A DNA stretch of 61,199 bases, filler included. It is 9 parts of 9 records of this genome, joined end to end, with 100 filler letters (N's around TTAATTAATTAA, not from the genome) between each part and the next. Parts side by side here need not be neighbours in the genome. Positions count along the whole stretch, not along the records: positions 23,275 to 31,130 come from SRR31156797_117938; positions 31,231 to 36,554 come from SRR31156797_118158; positions 36,655 to 43,841 come from SRR31156797_118183; 6 more parts are not named here. One strand, 5' to 3'. Positions 29,301 through 38,633 of this stretch are shown here, piece after piece; the stretch's first letter is position 1; the number at the start of each line of letters is the position of its first letter. The notes below the pieces were generated by a model. The model made no database searches and was not told where the DNA came from. It saw only the letters and a program-made list of their open reading frames with translations. The position numbers were made by a program, and so were the translations under genes.

Positions 29301-29401
29301 AGGATGCAGGGGCGCGCCCCGCTTATAGCGCAATAGGAATTGACCGGGCCCTTGGCCCGGCCTCTTTTTCACTTTTTATACAATTTGTGGAGGATCTAAT
29401 C

Positions 29402-30952
29402 ATGAGGCCTGTGGCCATAATCATACGCGACGGCTGGGGATACAATGAAAACCCGGAAGGAAACGCCGTGCATGCCGCCAACACCCCGAACGTTGATATG
29501 TACAAGGAAAAATACCCTTGGAATCTTCTGGAGGCTTCCGGCGAACCTGTGGGACTTCCGGCCGGGTACCAGGGATCCAGCGAAGTCGGCCATTTGAATT
29601 TCGGCGCCGGGCGCATTGTAATCCAGGAGCTTAAGCGTATTGACGACGGCCTTAGAAACGGGGATTTTTTCGAGGTTGAAATCTGGAAAAACATGATCGC
29701 CGGGTGGAAGGAAAACAAGAGCCGGCTGCACCTTCTTGGGTTGCTGCAGGACGAAGGCGTTCATGCTCACCAGGAGCACCTGTTTAAAATCATGCACCGG
29801 GCCCGCCGGGAATTTCCCGAAGGTGAAATAATCATTCATCCTTTCCTGGATGGTAGAGACACCCCGCCGCGAAGCTGCCTGGAGTATTTGGCCAGGCTGG
29901 AAAAAGTCATGGCCGAAGTCGGAGGTTGCAGAATAGGTACTGTCATGGGCCGTTATTACGGTATGGACCGTTCCGGGAACTGGGCTTTGACCGACCAGGC
30001 CTATCACTGTCTTGTTCTGACTGAAGGCCGCCCGGCCCAAGATGTTGAAAGCGCGGTCAATGAATCCTATGAAAAGGATCTGACTCCCGACAACCTTGAA
30101 ATGTTTGACGAATATATACCGCCCCACGTGATTGGCGAGTTTGACGGCGTTAAAGACGGCGATTGCATCGTGCACACGAACTTTCGCCAGGACAGGGCCA
30201 TCCAGCTTACGAGGGCTTTCGTGGATCCAGAATATCCGGGTGAATTGAGAAAAAAGCCTAAAGTTGCCTACATCGGGCTGACCCGGTACTATGATGAATT
30301 CGAAAACTATATGCTCGGCGCTTTGGATGAAAGCGGAGGCATGGACATGCTCATGGGCGAAGTTGTGTCCAAGGCAGGGCTTCGGCAGTTACGAATTGCT
30401 GAAACCCAAAAATTCAGACATGTTACAAGCTTTTGGAATGGAAAATCCACTCAGCCCTACCCCAATGAAGACCAGGTGGAAATAAAGGGCCGCTTCGATC
30501 CGGCCACATTTGCTTCCCACCCGGAAATGGAAGCCTATATTGTAACTGAAAAAATTCTTGAGATACTGGAAGACAATCCTTATTCCCTGATCGTGATTAA
30601 CTATGCCAACGGCGATATGGTCGGACATACAGGGGTCTTTGAATCAGCCCGCCAGGCGGTTGAAGTGGTGGATGAATGCCTTGGCAGGGTTGTCGCCCGC
30701 ATGCTCGAGCTGGATTTCCATATTTTCATCACCGCGGACCATGGTAATGCCGAACAGATGATAGATTATGAATCCGGAAAGGTGAAGACGAGCCATACAA
30801 CTTTTCCCGTGGAATGCATCTACGCGGCCAATGATTCTCCGGGTAAAAAGCTGATGGAAAGAGGCAAACTGTCCGATGTCGCCCCCACGGCCCTTAAAAT
30901 CCTGGGCCTGGAGATTCCCCCGGACATGACCGCTGATTTACTGATCAAATAA
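29402..30952 (+). CDS. gpmI: 2,3-bisphosphoglycerate-independent phosphoglycerate mutase
   Basis: DGWG, GSSEVGH, DGRDTPP, MGRYYGMDR, AETQK, DMVGHTG, TADHGN. Confidence 0.95.
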   Translation: MRPVAIIIRDGWGYNENPEGNAVHAANTPNVDMYKEKYPWNLLEASGEPVGLPAGYQGSSEVGHLNFGAGRIVIQELKRIDDGLRNGDFFEVEIWKNMIAGWKENKSRLHLLGLLQDEGVHAHQEHLFKIMHRARREFPEGEIIIHPFLDGRDTPPRSCLEYLARLEKVMAEVGGCRIGTVMGRYYGMDRSGNWALTDQAYHCLVLTEGRPAQDVESAVNESYEKDLTPDNLEMFDEYIPPHVIGEFDGVKDGDCIVHTNFRQDRAIQLTRAFVDPEYPGELRKKPKVAYIGLTRYYDEFENYMLGALDESGGMDMLMGEVVSKAGLRQLRIAETQKFRHVTSFWNGKSTQPYPNEDQVEIKGRFDPATFASHPEMEAYIVTEKILEILEDNPYSLIVINYANGDMVGHTGVFESARQAVEVVDECLGRVVARMLELDFHIFITADHGNAEQMIDYESGKVKTSHTTFPVECIYAANDSPGKKLMERGKLSDVAPTALKILGLEIPPDMTADLLIK

Positions 30953-30960
30953 ATCCCAAC

Positions 30961-30995
30961 AAGCTCCGGCCTCCAAAACCGGAGCTTCTCTCTTT
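30961..30995 (+). terminator. Intrinsic terminator after gpmI
   Basis: AAGCTCCGG-loop-CCGGAGCTT followed by a pyrimidine-rich tail. Confidence 0.65.
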
Positions 30996-31009
30996 ATTCA
31001 TTTTTATAG

Positions 31010-31059
31010 AGACACCCAATTCTTTAGTATCAAACGTCTTTCTTATCAAATGACACCCA
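31010..31059 (+). repeat. Two further GACACCCA copies downstream of gpmI
   Basis: AGACACCCA at 31010 and TGACACCCA at 31051. Confidence 0.75.
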
Positions 31060-31130
31060 CATTTCAAAATCATACAAACAATATAAATATTATTGAAATT
31101 ATTGGTTATAGCGTTTCTCATATTTAAGTT

Positions 31131-31230
31131 NNNNNNNNNNNNNNNNNNNNNNNNNNNNNNNNNNNNNNNNNNNNTTAATTAATTAANNNNNNNNNNNNNN
31201 NNNNNNNNNNNNNNNNNNNNNNNNNNNNNN
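31131..31230. other. Artificial contig linker
   Basis: N-run around TTAATTAATTAA. Confidence 0.99.
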
Positions 31231-32739
31231 TTCGAAGTTCGCCCGGGCGAGGCATTCGAGGCGACCATTGAGGCGTCAGATCCCGAAGGCGCTGCCCTGA
31301 CCTTCTCCGTGGTGAGCGTGTCGCCGGAGGCTTGGCCCGTGTATCGGTTCCGATCGCTGGAACAGGCGGCCGAGTTCTGGACCGTCTTGGAATGGGAGAG
31401 GGATTGGCTGCGTATCTACCAGCGCGACGCCTGGGAGTGCGAGGGGATCGACTACTATGCCTACGCGGGAGCCGACGCCGCGCCGGGGCTGGAGCCGGTA
31501 TATCGCTTGTGGTCCCCGGTGCTGCTGCGCCATTTCTACACGATCAGTGACTCGGAGCGGCGGGCGATGCTCGAAGAGGTTCCCGAGGCCGAGTGGCAGG
31601 GCGAGGACGTGGCATTCTACGCCTTTGGGCCAGGTCGTGAGCCCGGCGGGACGATACCGGTGTCCCGGTTTCGCGACGAGTCCGGCCGCTACTTCTGGAC
31701 GGTCCAGGACGCCGAAGCGGTGACCGAACGCTTTCCGGGAGAGCAGATCGCGCCCGATGGGATTGCCTGGTACGTTCACGCCGCAGGCGAGGCGCCGACC
31801 GGCTCGGTGCTTGAGGGCGCGACCTTTCGTTGGCGGCCCGAACGGCATCACCGGGGCGTGCACCGGTTGAACGTGATTGTCAGCGACGGAAGGCGGCAAA
31901 GCTGCCAGTTGATGCGCCTCGACGTGGGCTCGGTTGGGGGCGCGCCGCAAACGCCTGCGGGCACGGCCGGTGCCTCGGCAGCGGTCCGGCGCGTTGATGA
32001 GGCCCCTCCGGGTTCAACGCGCGAGACGGCCTCGACGCCCGGGCCGAGTTTGGGGCTCGTTGTGCGCGCTGCCGGCGACACCCTGGGCGGCATCGGTGAG
32101 AATCTCATGATCTTCTTCTTCGTGCCGCTCTGCGTGGGGCTCTACCACCGGTTGCGGTACACCGCTCGACTGCAAGAGCGGATGCTGACGATCGCCATTG
32201 CGGCTGTGAATCTGGGGCTGATGCTCGCGCGGTACGTGTGGATCGAGCCCGGATCGGCCCGGCGCTATTCCCTGGCGTTGGTGGCGCTGACGATCTGCTA
32301 CGTTCCTACGGGGCTCGAGCAGATGGCGCGGTGGCTGCGGCTGGCCTTCGATCGCGTGTTCGGGGACCGGGGGCAGGCCGAGCGGGGCGAGCGGGTCTGG
32401 TTCGTGGTTCTGGTGGTCATTGGGATGGCCATCTGCGCCCCCAAACTGCTGACGCCGATGGGCATGGACAAGCAGGGCTACCGCGAGACGGCGCAGTGGC
32501 TGCGAAACCATACGAGCGCTGATGACGTGATCGGCGTGCCCGACAAACGCATCGCTTTCTACGCCGACCGTCCAGGCCGTGTCTATGAAACGCAGCCCGA
32601 TCCCCGGAAGGTCGACTACGCTGTAACCCTCGTTAGCAGCGATAGTTCCAGTCGCAGTCCGGCCGATTGGGGCGAAGCGTACTCCTGCTGGATCAACGAG
32701 CGACGCCGCGGGAAGATCGTGGTCTACAAGATGCCCTGA
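31231..32739 (+). CDS. 5'-truncated membrane protein: Ig-like domain with inserted DUF5648-type repeats, then a GT-C/ArnT-like membrane C-terminus
   Basis: The frame is open from the edge (FEVRPGEAFEATIEASDPEG). Three PVYR-type repeats, FRWRP...VIVSDG, several TM helices, RRY, and YRETAQWLRNHT...IAFYA. Confidence 0.62.
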   Translation, partial: FEVRPGEAFEATIEASDPEGAALTFSVVSVSPEAWPVYRFRSLEQAAEFWTVLEWERDWLRIYQRDAWECEGIDYYAYAGADAAPGLEPVYRLWSPVLLRHFYTISDSERRAMLEEVPEAEWQGEDVAFYAFGPGREPGGTIPVSRFRDESGRYFWTVQDAEAVTERFPGEQIAPDGIAWYVHAAGEAPTGSVLEGATFRWRPERHHRGVHRLNVIVSDGRRQSCQLMRLDVGSVGGAPQTPAGTAGASAAVRRVDEAPPGSTRETASTPGPSLGLVVRAAGDTLGGIGENLMIFFFVPLCVGLYHRLRYTARLQERMLTIAIAAVNLGLMLARYVWIEPGSARRYSLALVALTICYVPTGLEQMARWLRLAFDRVFGDRGQAERGERVWFVVLVVIGMAICAPKLLTPMGMDKQGYRETAQWLRNHTSADDVIGVPDKRIAFYADRPGRVYETQPDPRKVDYAVTLVSSDSSSRSPADWGEAYSCWINERRRGKIVVYKMP

Positions 32740-32755
32740 GCGCGAGGCGGTCGAC

Positions 32756-33634
32756 TCAGCCGGCGGGACCCTTCGTGGCGGAACTGAGGAACCGTCGCCA
32801 CGAGCACATCGCGCGCAGGACAATGCCCGTGTAGATGAGCAGGTTCGTCACGGGCGAGCACTGCCCGGCGAAGTGCTTCCGGTGGAACAGATACATGGCC
32901 CGATGGAACTCGAGGGCGGCTTTGCGGCTGTTGTACTTCGTGGATTCGCCCTTGAAGTGGATGATCTCGGCCTCGGGGTAATAGACCACCGACCAACCGG
33001 CCCGCTTGGCCCGCAGGCACCAGTCCAGCTCCTCGCCGTACATGAAGAAGCGCTCGTCGAGCAGGCCGATATCCTCGATCGCCGTGCGACGGATCATGAG
33101 AAAGGCCCCGGAGACGGCATCGACCTCGTGGGTCTTCTCCGGGTCTTCATAGGTCAGATTGTATCGCGCCATTGTCTTGCTCTTGGGAAAGAGCCGGCTC
33201 AGTCCGCAGAGGCGATAGAAGGCGACTTTTGGGGTAGGAATACTCCGGCGGCAGGCCAGTTGCAGGGTCCGGTCGGCGTTGAGCACGCGGCAGCCGCAGA
33301 TCCCGACCTCGCCGTGGGCCTCCATATACTCCAGGACGCGATCGATGGCGTCGCCGACCACCAGCGTGTCCGGATTGAGCAGCAGGACGTAGTCGGCCTG
33401 TGTCTGGGCGATGAGGTGGTTGTTGGCCTTGGAGAACCCGAGGTTGGATGAGTTCTCGACGACCTTGACCCGGGGGAACTCCGACTTGAGCATGGCCACG
33501 CTGCCGTCATGCGAATCGTTGTCCGCGACGCGGATGTCAAAGGGGGTGCCGTTGGCCCCGGCGTAGACGGATTCCAGGCAGTCCCGCAGCCGGGCCTTGG
33601 TGTTGTAGTTCACGATGACTATCGACAACATCAT
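32756..33634 (-). CDS. GT2 glycosyltransferase (WbbL-like)
   Basis: LSIVIVNYN, DNDSHDGS, NLGFSKANN, LLNPD, DERFFMYGEELDWC. Confidence 0.92.
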   Translation of the reverse strand: MMLSIVIVNYNTKARLRDCLESVYAGANGTPFDIRVADNDSHDGSVAMLKSEFPRVKVVENSSNLGFSKANNHLIAQTQADYVLLLNPDTLVVGDAIDRVLEYMEAHGEVGICGCRVLNADRTLQLACRRSIPTPKVAFYRLCGLSRLFPKSKTMARYNLTYEDPEKTHEVDAVSGAFLMIRRTAIEDIGLLDERFFMYGEELDWCLRAKRAGWSVVYYPEAEIIHFKGESTKYNSRKAALEFHRAMYLFHRKHFAGQCSPVTNLLIYTGIVLRAMCSWRRFLSSATKGPAG

Positions 33635-33648
33635 CAGATCAGATCCGC

Positions 33649-35130
33649 TCAGCTCCAACTGAGGAATTTTCGAAAATCGGTGACCAGCGACGGCGGATGG
33701 CTCACGTACAGCCGGGCGCGGGATCGCGCCCGCTTGAGCAGCCGGCCCCAGCCCTTGTTGTAGGCATGGAATTTCGCCTTGATCTCCGATTCCAACACCG
33801 CGAAACGCTCCGAGTCGATGGTCTCGACCTGCCGTCGACCGTCGGCCTTGTAATAGTCATTCGGCAAAGTCACGTCGAAATCTTGACGAACCATCTCAGC
33901 TTTGACGAGCCCCCGTTTGATGCCCTCCTCGAACATGGCGGTGCCGGGAAAGGGCTCGTACACGCCAACCGATGCGAAATCGGGCTCAATTTCATACATG
34001 AAATCGAGGGTTTTGTAAACATCTTTTTCGGTTTCCCCGGGGGTGCCGATGAGGAAATAGGCCGTCCAGTGGATGCCCGCTTTCCGGAGCAATCGGGCGG
34101 CCGCGCGCACCTGATCGAGCCCGATGTGCTTGTTCATACGCTTCAGCACCGCCTCGCTGCCCGACTCGACCCCGACCTTGATGCTGTTACATCCGGCCCG
34201 TTTCATGCCGGCCAGCATCTCTTCATTGATCAGGTCGACCCGGGTGTTGCATTCCCAGCCGATGCTGAGCTTTTCGGCCGCCAGGGCGGCGCAGAATTCG
34301 GCCACGCGCCCGCGATTGACGGTGAACGAATCGTCTTTGAAACTGAACTGGCGAGTGCCATAGCGCTGTCGCACGAGCCGGATCTCCGCGATGATGTCCT
34401 CGATGGAACGGTATTGTACGCGGTTCGTGTCGGTGGCACAGAACGAACAGGAGAAGGGGCAACCCCGACTGGTCATGATGAGCCCCATATCTTCGGGGCT
34501 GTACTTGTCGTGATTGGTCAGCAGGCGACGGTCGGGAACGGGAAGCTGGTCCAGATCCGGGATGTGCCTTTCCCACGGATTGTGTTCGATGCCGCCGCCA
34601 CGGCGAAAGGATACTCCGTCCAGGCCCTCGACGTCGTCGCGGTTGTGGGCGATTCTTTCAACGAGCTTGGCGATGGTCTCCTCCGCCTGGCCCCTGATGA
34701 CGTAGTCCACGGCCGGGCAGATGCTCAGGACCTCCTCGGCTTTGGCGGTTGCATGCGGCCCGCCCATGACAATGGGGCAATCCGGGCGCAGGGCCTTGCT
34801 CATCTCGGCGATGTGGAACGCCGACGCGGCGTAGGCGGTCCAGATCGAGATCCCAGTCACATCGGGTCGCTCGCTCCGGATAGTCTCGCGCATCTGCTTC
34901 CAGACGGGGTGGTCATCCTGGCGCAGCGTCTCGAGATACCCGGCGTAGTGCTCGGGCAGACGCGTATAGTCCATCACCGACGGCGCCTCGTTGCAGTCCG
35001 CATCGTAGACCACCACCTCGTGCCCCGCCTCGACCAACACCGTGCCGATGCTCACCAGGCCCAGAGGGAAATACCGATTGTAGAATCCCATTAGCCGGTA
35101 AAATGGAGGATCTATCAGGAGAATCTTCAC
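33649..35130 (-). CDS. B12-binding radical SAM protein
   Basis: PLGLVSI, GGPHAT, TSRGCPFSCSFC, DDSFT, GVESGS. Confidence 0.92.
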   Translation of the reverse strand: MKILLIDPPFYRLMGFYNRYFPLGLVSIGTVLVEAGHEVVVYDADCNEAPSVMDYTRLPEHYAGYLETLRQDDHPVWKQMRETIRSERPDVTGISIWTAYAASAFHIAEMSKALRPDCPIVMGGPHATAKAEEVLSICPAVDYVIRGQAEETIAKLVERIAHNRDDVEGLDGVSFRRGGGIEHNPWERHIPDLDQLPVPDRRLLTNHDKYSPEDMGLIMTSRGCPFSCSFCATDTNRVQYRSIEDIIAEIRLVRQRYGTRQFSFKDDSFTVNRGRVAEFCAALAAEKLSIGWECNTRVDLINEEMLAGMKRAGCNSIKVGVESGSEAVLKRMNKHIGLDQVRAAARLLRKAGIHWTAYFLIGTPGETEKDVYKTLDFMYEIEPDFASVGVYEPFPGTAMFEEGIKRGLVKAEMVRQDFDVTLPNDYYKADGRRQVETIDSERFAVLESEIKAKFHAYNKGWGRLLKRARSRARLYVSHPPSLVTDFRKFLSWS

Positions 35131-36314
35131 TGCCGGTCCTTACCCAACCCCTTTGGTGGCCGCACGTTCAACGCCTCGTACATGCACTTCTGCTGATACG
35201 CTATTGTATCAACTGCGAAGTCCGTCTCAACTCTTTTCCGGGCGGCGCTCGTCATCGCGTCACGCTCGGTCCGCGGCTGGGTGAGGCAGGTCAGGACCGC
35301 CTCGGCGAGGGCACCGGCATCGTGCGGGGGGACCACCAGGCCGGTTTGGCCGTCAACGATCAACTCGGAAACCGCGCCGACGTCGGTCGCGACGACCGGC
35401 ACCTTCATCGCCATGGCCTCCAGGACGACAACCGGACAGGATTCCAGGATCGAGGGCAGCACGAAGACGTCGAGGGCGTTGAGGAGGCGGGCAATGTCCG
35501 TTCGGAAACCGGTGAAGACCACATCGTCGCGCAGTCCGAGCCGATCGAGCAAGGCCTGTAGCTTGCCCCAGTAATCAGAGGCGGTGTCGAGTTGGCGTCC
35601 GACGATGAGGAAGGTGGTCTTCGGCCTCTGCTGTTTGATGCGGCCGGCCGCTTCGATGAAATGGTCGTGCCCTTTCACCACGTTGATGTTCCCGATGGTG
35701 CCAACGAGGGCATGATCGGCGGGGATCTGGAGCTCGGCGCGCAACGCTTCTTTGTCTGCGGCGGTGAACCAGTGCGGGTCAAACTCTTGGGGGTCGACCG
35801 CCGAGGGCAGGATGGTGAGCTTCTGCTCGAGTCGCCGATGGTTCTGGGGGCAACGCGACCTGATGTTTTCGCCCTGGATGATGATGCGGTCGGCCAGCCG
35901 GGCGACCAGCGGCATGAGCAGTTTCCTCAGGGCCGGCGCGATGTAATCGTTGTAGGTCCAGACCACCGGAGTGCGCGTCAGCGTCGCCGCCAGGGCCGGC
36001 ACGAAGTTGGTCACCCCGTCGACGTGGACGATGTCGATGTGGTGCGCTCTGATGATCCGGCGTATCCGAAACAGGTTGTACGGCAGAAAGAACAGGAACC
36101 GGGCCAGGTTCAGTAGCGGCGCCCGTCGCTGGAAACCTTGGATATGGGACAGTTGAAACACCGTGACATCGTCGGGCTGCCAGCGGTCGTCGGTCTTGCG
36201 CCCGATCAGGAAGAGCGTCTCTACATCGTGCTGCCTCAATTGGCGCGCCACCGTCAGCGCCAGGCGATGGGGCCCGCCGACCCGGTTGTCCAGAATGCAA
36301 TAGAGAACTCTCAT
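35127..36314 (-). CDS. GT4 glycosyltransferase
   Basis: KGHDHFIEAA, DVFVLPSILESCPVVVLEAMA, PVVATDVG. Confidence 0.92.
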   Translation of the reverse strand: MRVLYCILDNRVGGPHRLALTVARQLRQHDVETLFLIGRKTDDRWQPDDVTVFQLSHIQGFQRRAPLLNLARFLFFLPYNLFRIRRIIRAHHIDIVHVDGVTNFVPALAATLTRTPVVWTYNDYIAPALRKLLMPLVARLADRIIIQGENIRSRCPQNHRRLEQKLTILPSAVDPQEFDPHWFTAADKEALRAELQIPADHALVGTIGNINVVKGHDHFIEAAGRIKQQRPKTTFLIVGRQLDTASDYWGKLQALLDRLGLRDDVVFTGFRTDIARLLNALDVFVLPSILESCPVVVLEAMAMKVPVVATDVGAVSELIVDGQTGLVVPPHDAGALAEAVLTCLTQPRTERDAMTSAARKRVETDFAVDTIAYQQKCMYEALNVRPPKGLGKDRQ

Positions 36315-36553
36315 CGTTCGGCGTCGATTCCATAAGGACCGTCGAATTCGTGACGGAAGATGATAAAACCAAAGAGAATCTGCATGTAGAACTGATTCGA
36401 CACCAGCAGGTGGTGGTAGAACGAGAAGATGATGACGATCAAGATGACCATGTAGAGATTCAGGCAGGCCAGAAAGCGCCCGGCCTGGTACCGCACGGTC
36501 GCGGAGACCGCGCCCAACGCATAGGGGACGACGGCGAACCCGAGGAAGCCGAA
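36311..36553 (-). CDS. C-terminal fragment of a Wzy-like polysaccharide polymerase/membrane protein
   Basis: The frame is open from the edge: FGFLGFAVVPYALG followed by TM helices; ATGA overlap with the GT4 gene. Confidence 0.55.
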   Translation of the reverse strand, partial: FGFLGFAVVPYALGAVSATVRYQAGRFLACLNLYMVILIVIIFSFYHHLLVSNQFYMQILFGFIIFRHEFDGPYGIDAER

Positions 36554-36554
36554 A

Positions 36555-36654
36555 NNNNNNNNNNNNNNNNNNNNNNNNNNNNNNNNNNNNNNNNNNNNTT
36601 AATTAATTAANNNNNNNNNNNNNNNNNNNNNNNNNNNNNNNNNNNNNNNNNNNN
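36555..36654. other. Artificial contig linker
   Basis: N-run around TTAATTAATTAA. Confidence 0.99.
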
Positions 36655-36926
36655 ACTCGTACTACAAGTGCGGAATGTGAGTTAGAAACCAGGTTAACGC
36701 CATTTTGGAATATGACGCACGCAAACACCTCAACCGGATCCAGTCGCCCACCCTGGTTGTTTGTGGAAAAGAGGACATTCTGATCACAAACAATGAAGCC
36801 GAAGCATTGATGGCCGGCATACCAAATGCAAAGATCATAATCATTGACGGATCCGGCCACGATATTCATGCCGATCAGGCTGAACGGTTCAATGAGGTTG
36901 TGCTGGCGTTTCTGAAAGGGAATTAA
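36655..36926 (+). CDS. Alpha/beta hydrolase C-terminal fragment, with an apparent frameshift near 36679
   Basis: LNRIQSPTLVVCGKEDIL...GSGHDIH...FNEVVLAFL; in-frame TGA at 36678, close to the contig edge. Confidence 0.65.
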
Positions 36927-37224
36927 ACAAGGTTAGATTGCGGAAAATACGCTGACGATCTATTCGGGTGGCTTTGTGTATTGGGCGGTGGCGCCATTGC
37001 ATCGCGATAATTAATTTCCAATGGGGTAGCCGGGAGTTTTTCCACTGCCATGCCCCGTATTGGAAGTAAAGTGGGCACCCGGGTGGATGCCGGAAATGGT
37101 GATTTCCCAATCAGGGGTCTGTGAGCAGGACTGTATTTTCATTACACCACCGGAAATGCCATCAGAACCTGATAAATCGATTTGGATTGTGCGGAATCTC
37201 AAACAACCATTTCCAGCCAAGACC

Positions 37225-38022
37225 CTATCGTCCCTTGAACCTAGGTTCCCGTTTCTCCAAAAAGGCGCTGACCCCTTCCATGTGATCCTCGGTTCCGGAG
37301 GCCAGGAGGAATTGATCCGAGTCCATGTGCATCACCGCCTGATCCAGGGCCGATACCAGGTGATTCACCGACTTCTTGATCATCTGGGCGGCCATGGGGG
37401 GTTTTGCCGCGTAAGCACGGGCCATTTCCCTGGCCTTGTCCAAGGGGTTGGTACCCTCCGGCACCAGCTCATCCAGCACGCCCCAGTGGTGCAGGGTCCG
37501 GGCATCCACATGATCGCCCAGGATGACCATGCGCTTGGCACGGGCAGGTCCCGCCAGGTGCGTTATGAGCGGCAGAGCCTTCCAGCTCAGATTCATGGCC
37601 AAATTGATCTCGGGGTATCCCATGCGGCAATCAGGACCGCCCACTCTGAAATCCAGGGCCGTGGCCATGCAGGCGCCCCCCCCCAGCGCCACCCCGTGGA
37701 GCGATGCGATGGTGATCTGGTCCATCTCAAAGAGGCTGGTTATCAGACGTCCCCCAAGGGAGAGGCCGCGCTGTTTTTCAAACTGGCTCATGGTTTGCCA
37801 GCCCCGGCCCACGGCGTCGGTTAAGTCCACCCCGGCTGAGAAATGTTTGCCGGCGCCCTGAAAGATCACCACCCGGGTCTGGATGTCATGGTGAAAGTCG
37901 GAACAGAGACGGATGATTTCCTCCATGAAGTGCCGGCTCAGGGTGTTCAGCTTTTCGGGCCGGTTCAGGGTCACCACCGCCACCGGGCCGTCTTTTTCAA
38001 GCAATAAATTTTTGTAGGGCAT
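37225..38022 (-). CDS. Enoyl-CoA hydratase/isomerase (crotonase) family protein
   Basis: TLNRPEKLN, FSAGVDL, GVALGGG, YPEINL, AFLEKREPRFKGR. Confidence 0.9.
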   Translation of the reverse strand: MPYKNLLLEKDGPVAVVTLNRPEKLNTLSRHFMEEIIRLCSDFHHDIQTRVVIFQGAGKHFSAGVDLTDAVGRGWQTMSQFEKQRGLSLGGRLITSLFEMDQITIASLHGVALGGGACMATALDFRVGGPDCRMGYPEINLAMNLSWKALPLITHLAGPARAKRMVILGDHVDARTLHHWGVLDELVPEGTNPLDKAREMARAYAAKPPMAAQMIKKSVNHLVSALDQAVMHMDSDQFLLASGTEDHMEGVSAFLEKREPRFKGR

Positions 38023-38026
38023 GGTT

Positions 38027-38623
38027 TCAGATTCCTTGGCCCGTAGGGGCCAGCATTTTCCAATAGAGATCAAAATCTTTCTGCACCGCGTCGGCCAGCC
38101 GCCACTTGCAGCCGAAATAGTACCAGCTATGGATCATGCGGTAGCAGACCATATAATAAAAGTCCTGAAACCGGCGCACGTCCACCCGGGGGTCCACCTG
38201 ACCGGTTTCACGGGCCGAAGCAAGAATCTTTATGAAGGTATCTTTCGGAACCTTGAAGGCGTTCTGCTGCATCCAGGTGCGCGTGGGCACGGTGATGAAA
38301 GCGGTGACAGCCAGGGTCGGGCGCCGGTCGTAGAAGTCCATGGTCACCCAGAACAGCTTTCGCACAATCTCTTCAAATGACTTCATGCCTGAAAAGTGCA
38401 GTTCCAGTATTTCACCCAGCTTTTTCAGGTTGCCATCCAGGATGGCGAAGAGGAGTTCTTCCTTGGAGGGGAAGTACCGGTAGATGGTGCTGATGCTCAC
38501 CCCCGAAACTTTGGAGATGGCCCGCATATTCACCTGGTGGAAGTCCTTCTGGGAAAAGAGTTCCAATACCACCGGGTACAACCGGTTTTTCAGTTTCTCG
38601 GATATGTGCTGTCCGTTGCGCAT
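38027..38623 (-). CDS. TetR-family regulator
   Basis: NMRAISKVSGVSISTIYRYFPSKEELL helix-turn-helix. Confidence 0.9.
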   Translation of the reverse strand: MRNGQHISEKLKNRLYPVVLELFSQKDFHQVNMRAISKVSGVSISTIYRYFPSKEELLFAILDGNLKKLGEILELHFSGMKSFEEIVRKLFWVTMDFYDRRPTLAVTAFITVPTRTWMQQNAFKVPKDTFIKILASARETGQVDPRVDVRRFQDFYYMVCYRMIHSWYYFGCKWRLADAVQKDFDLYWKMLAPTGQGI

Positions 38624-38633
38624 AAAAGCCTGC

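Noticed and set aside
36678..36680. In-frame TGA as selenocysteine
   Set aside because: It is not a redox-Cys position in an alpha/beta hydrolase, and the upstream sequence reads better in another frame (TRTTSAEC). A frameshift or contig-end error is more likely.
36927..37224. Possible small gene or element between the convergent hydrolase and crotonase genes
   Set aside because: The short ORFs have no recognisable motif or SD, and I found no clear repeat or structure.
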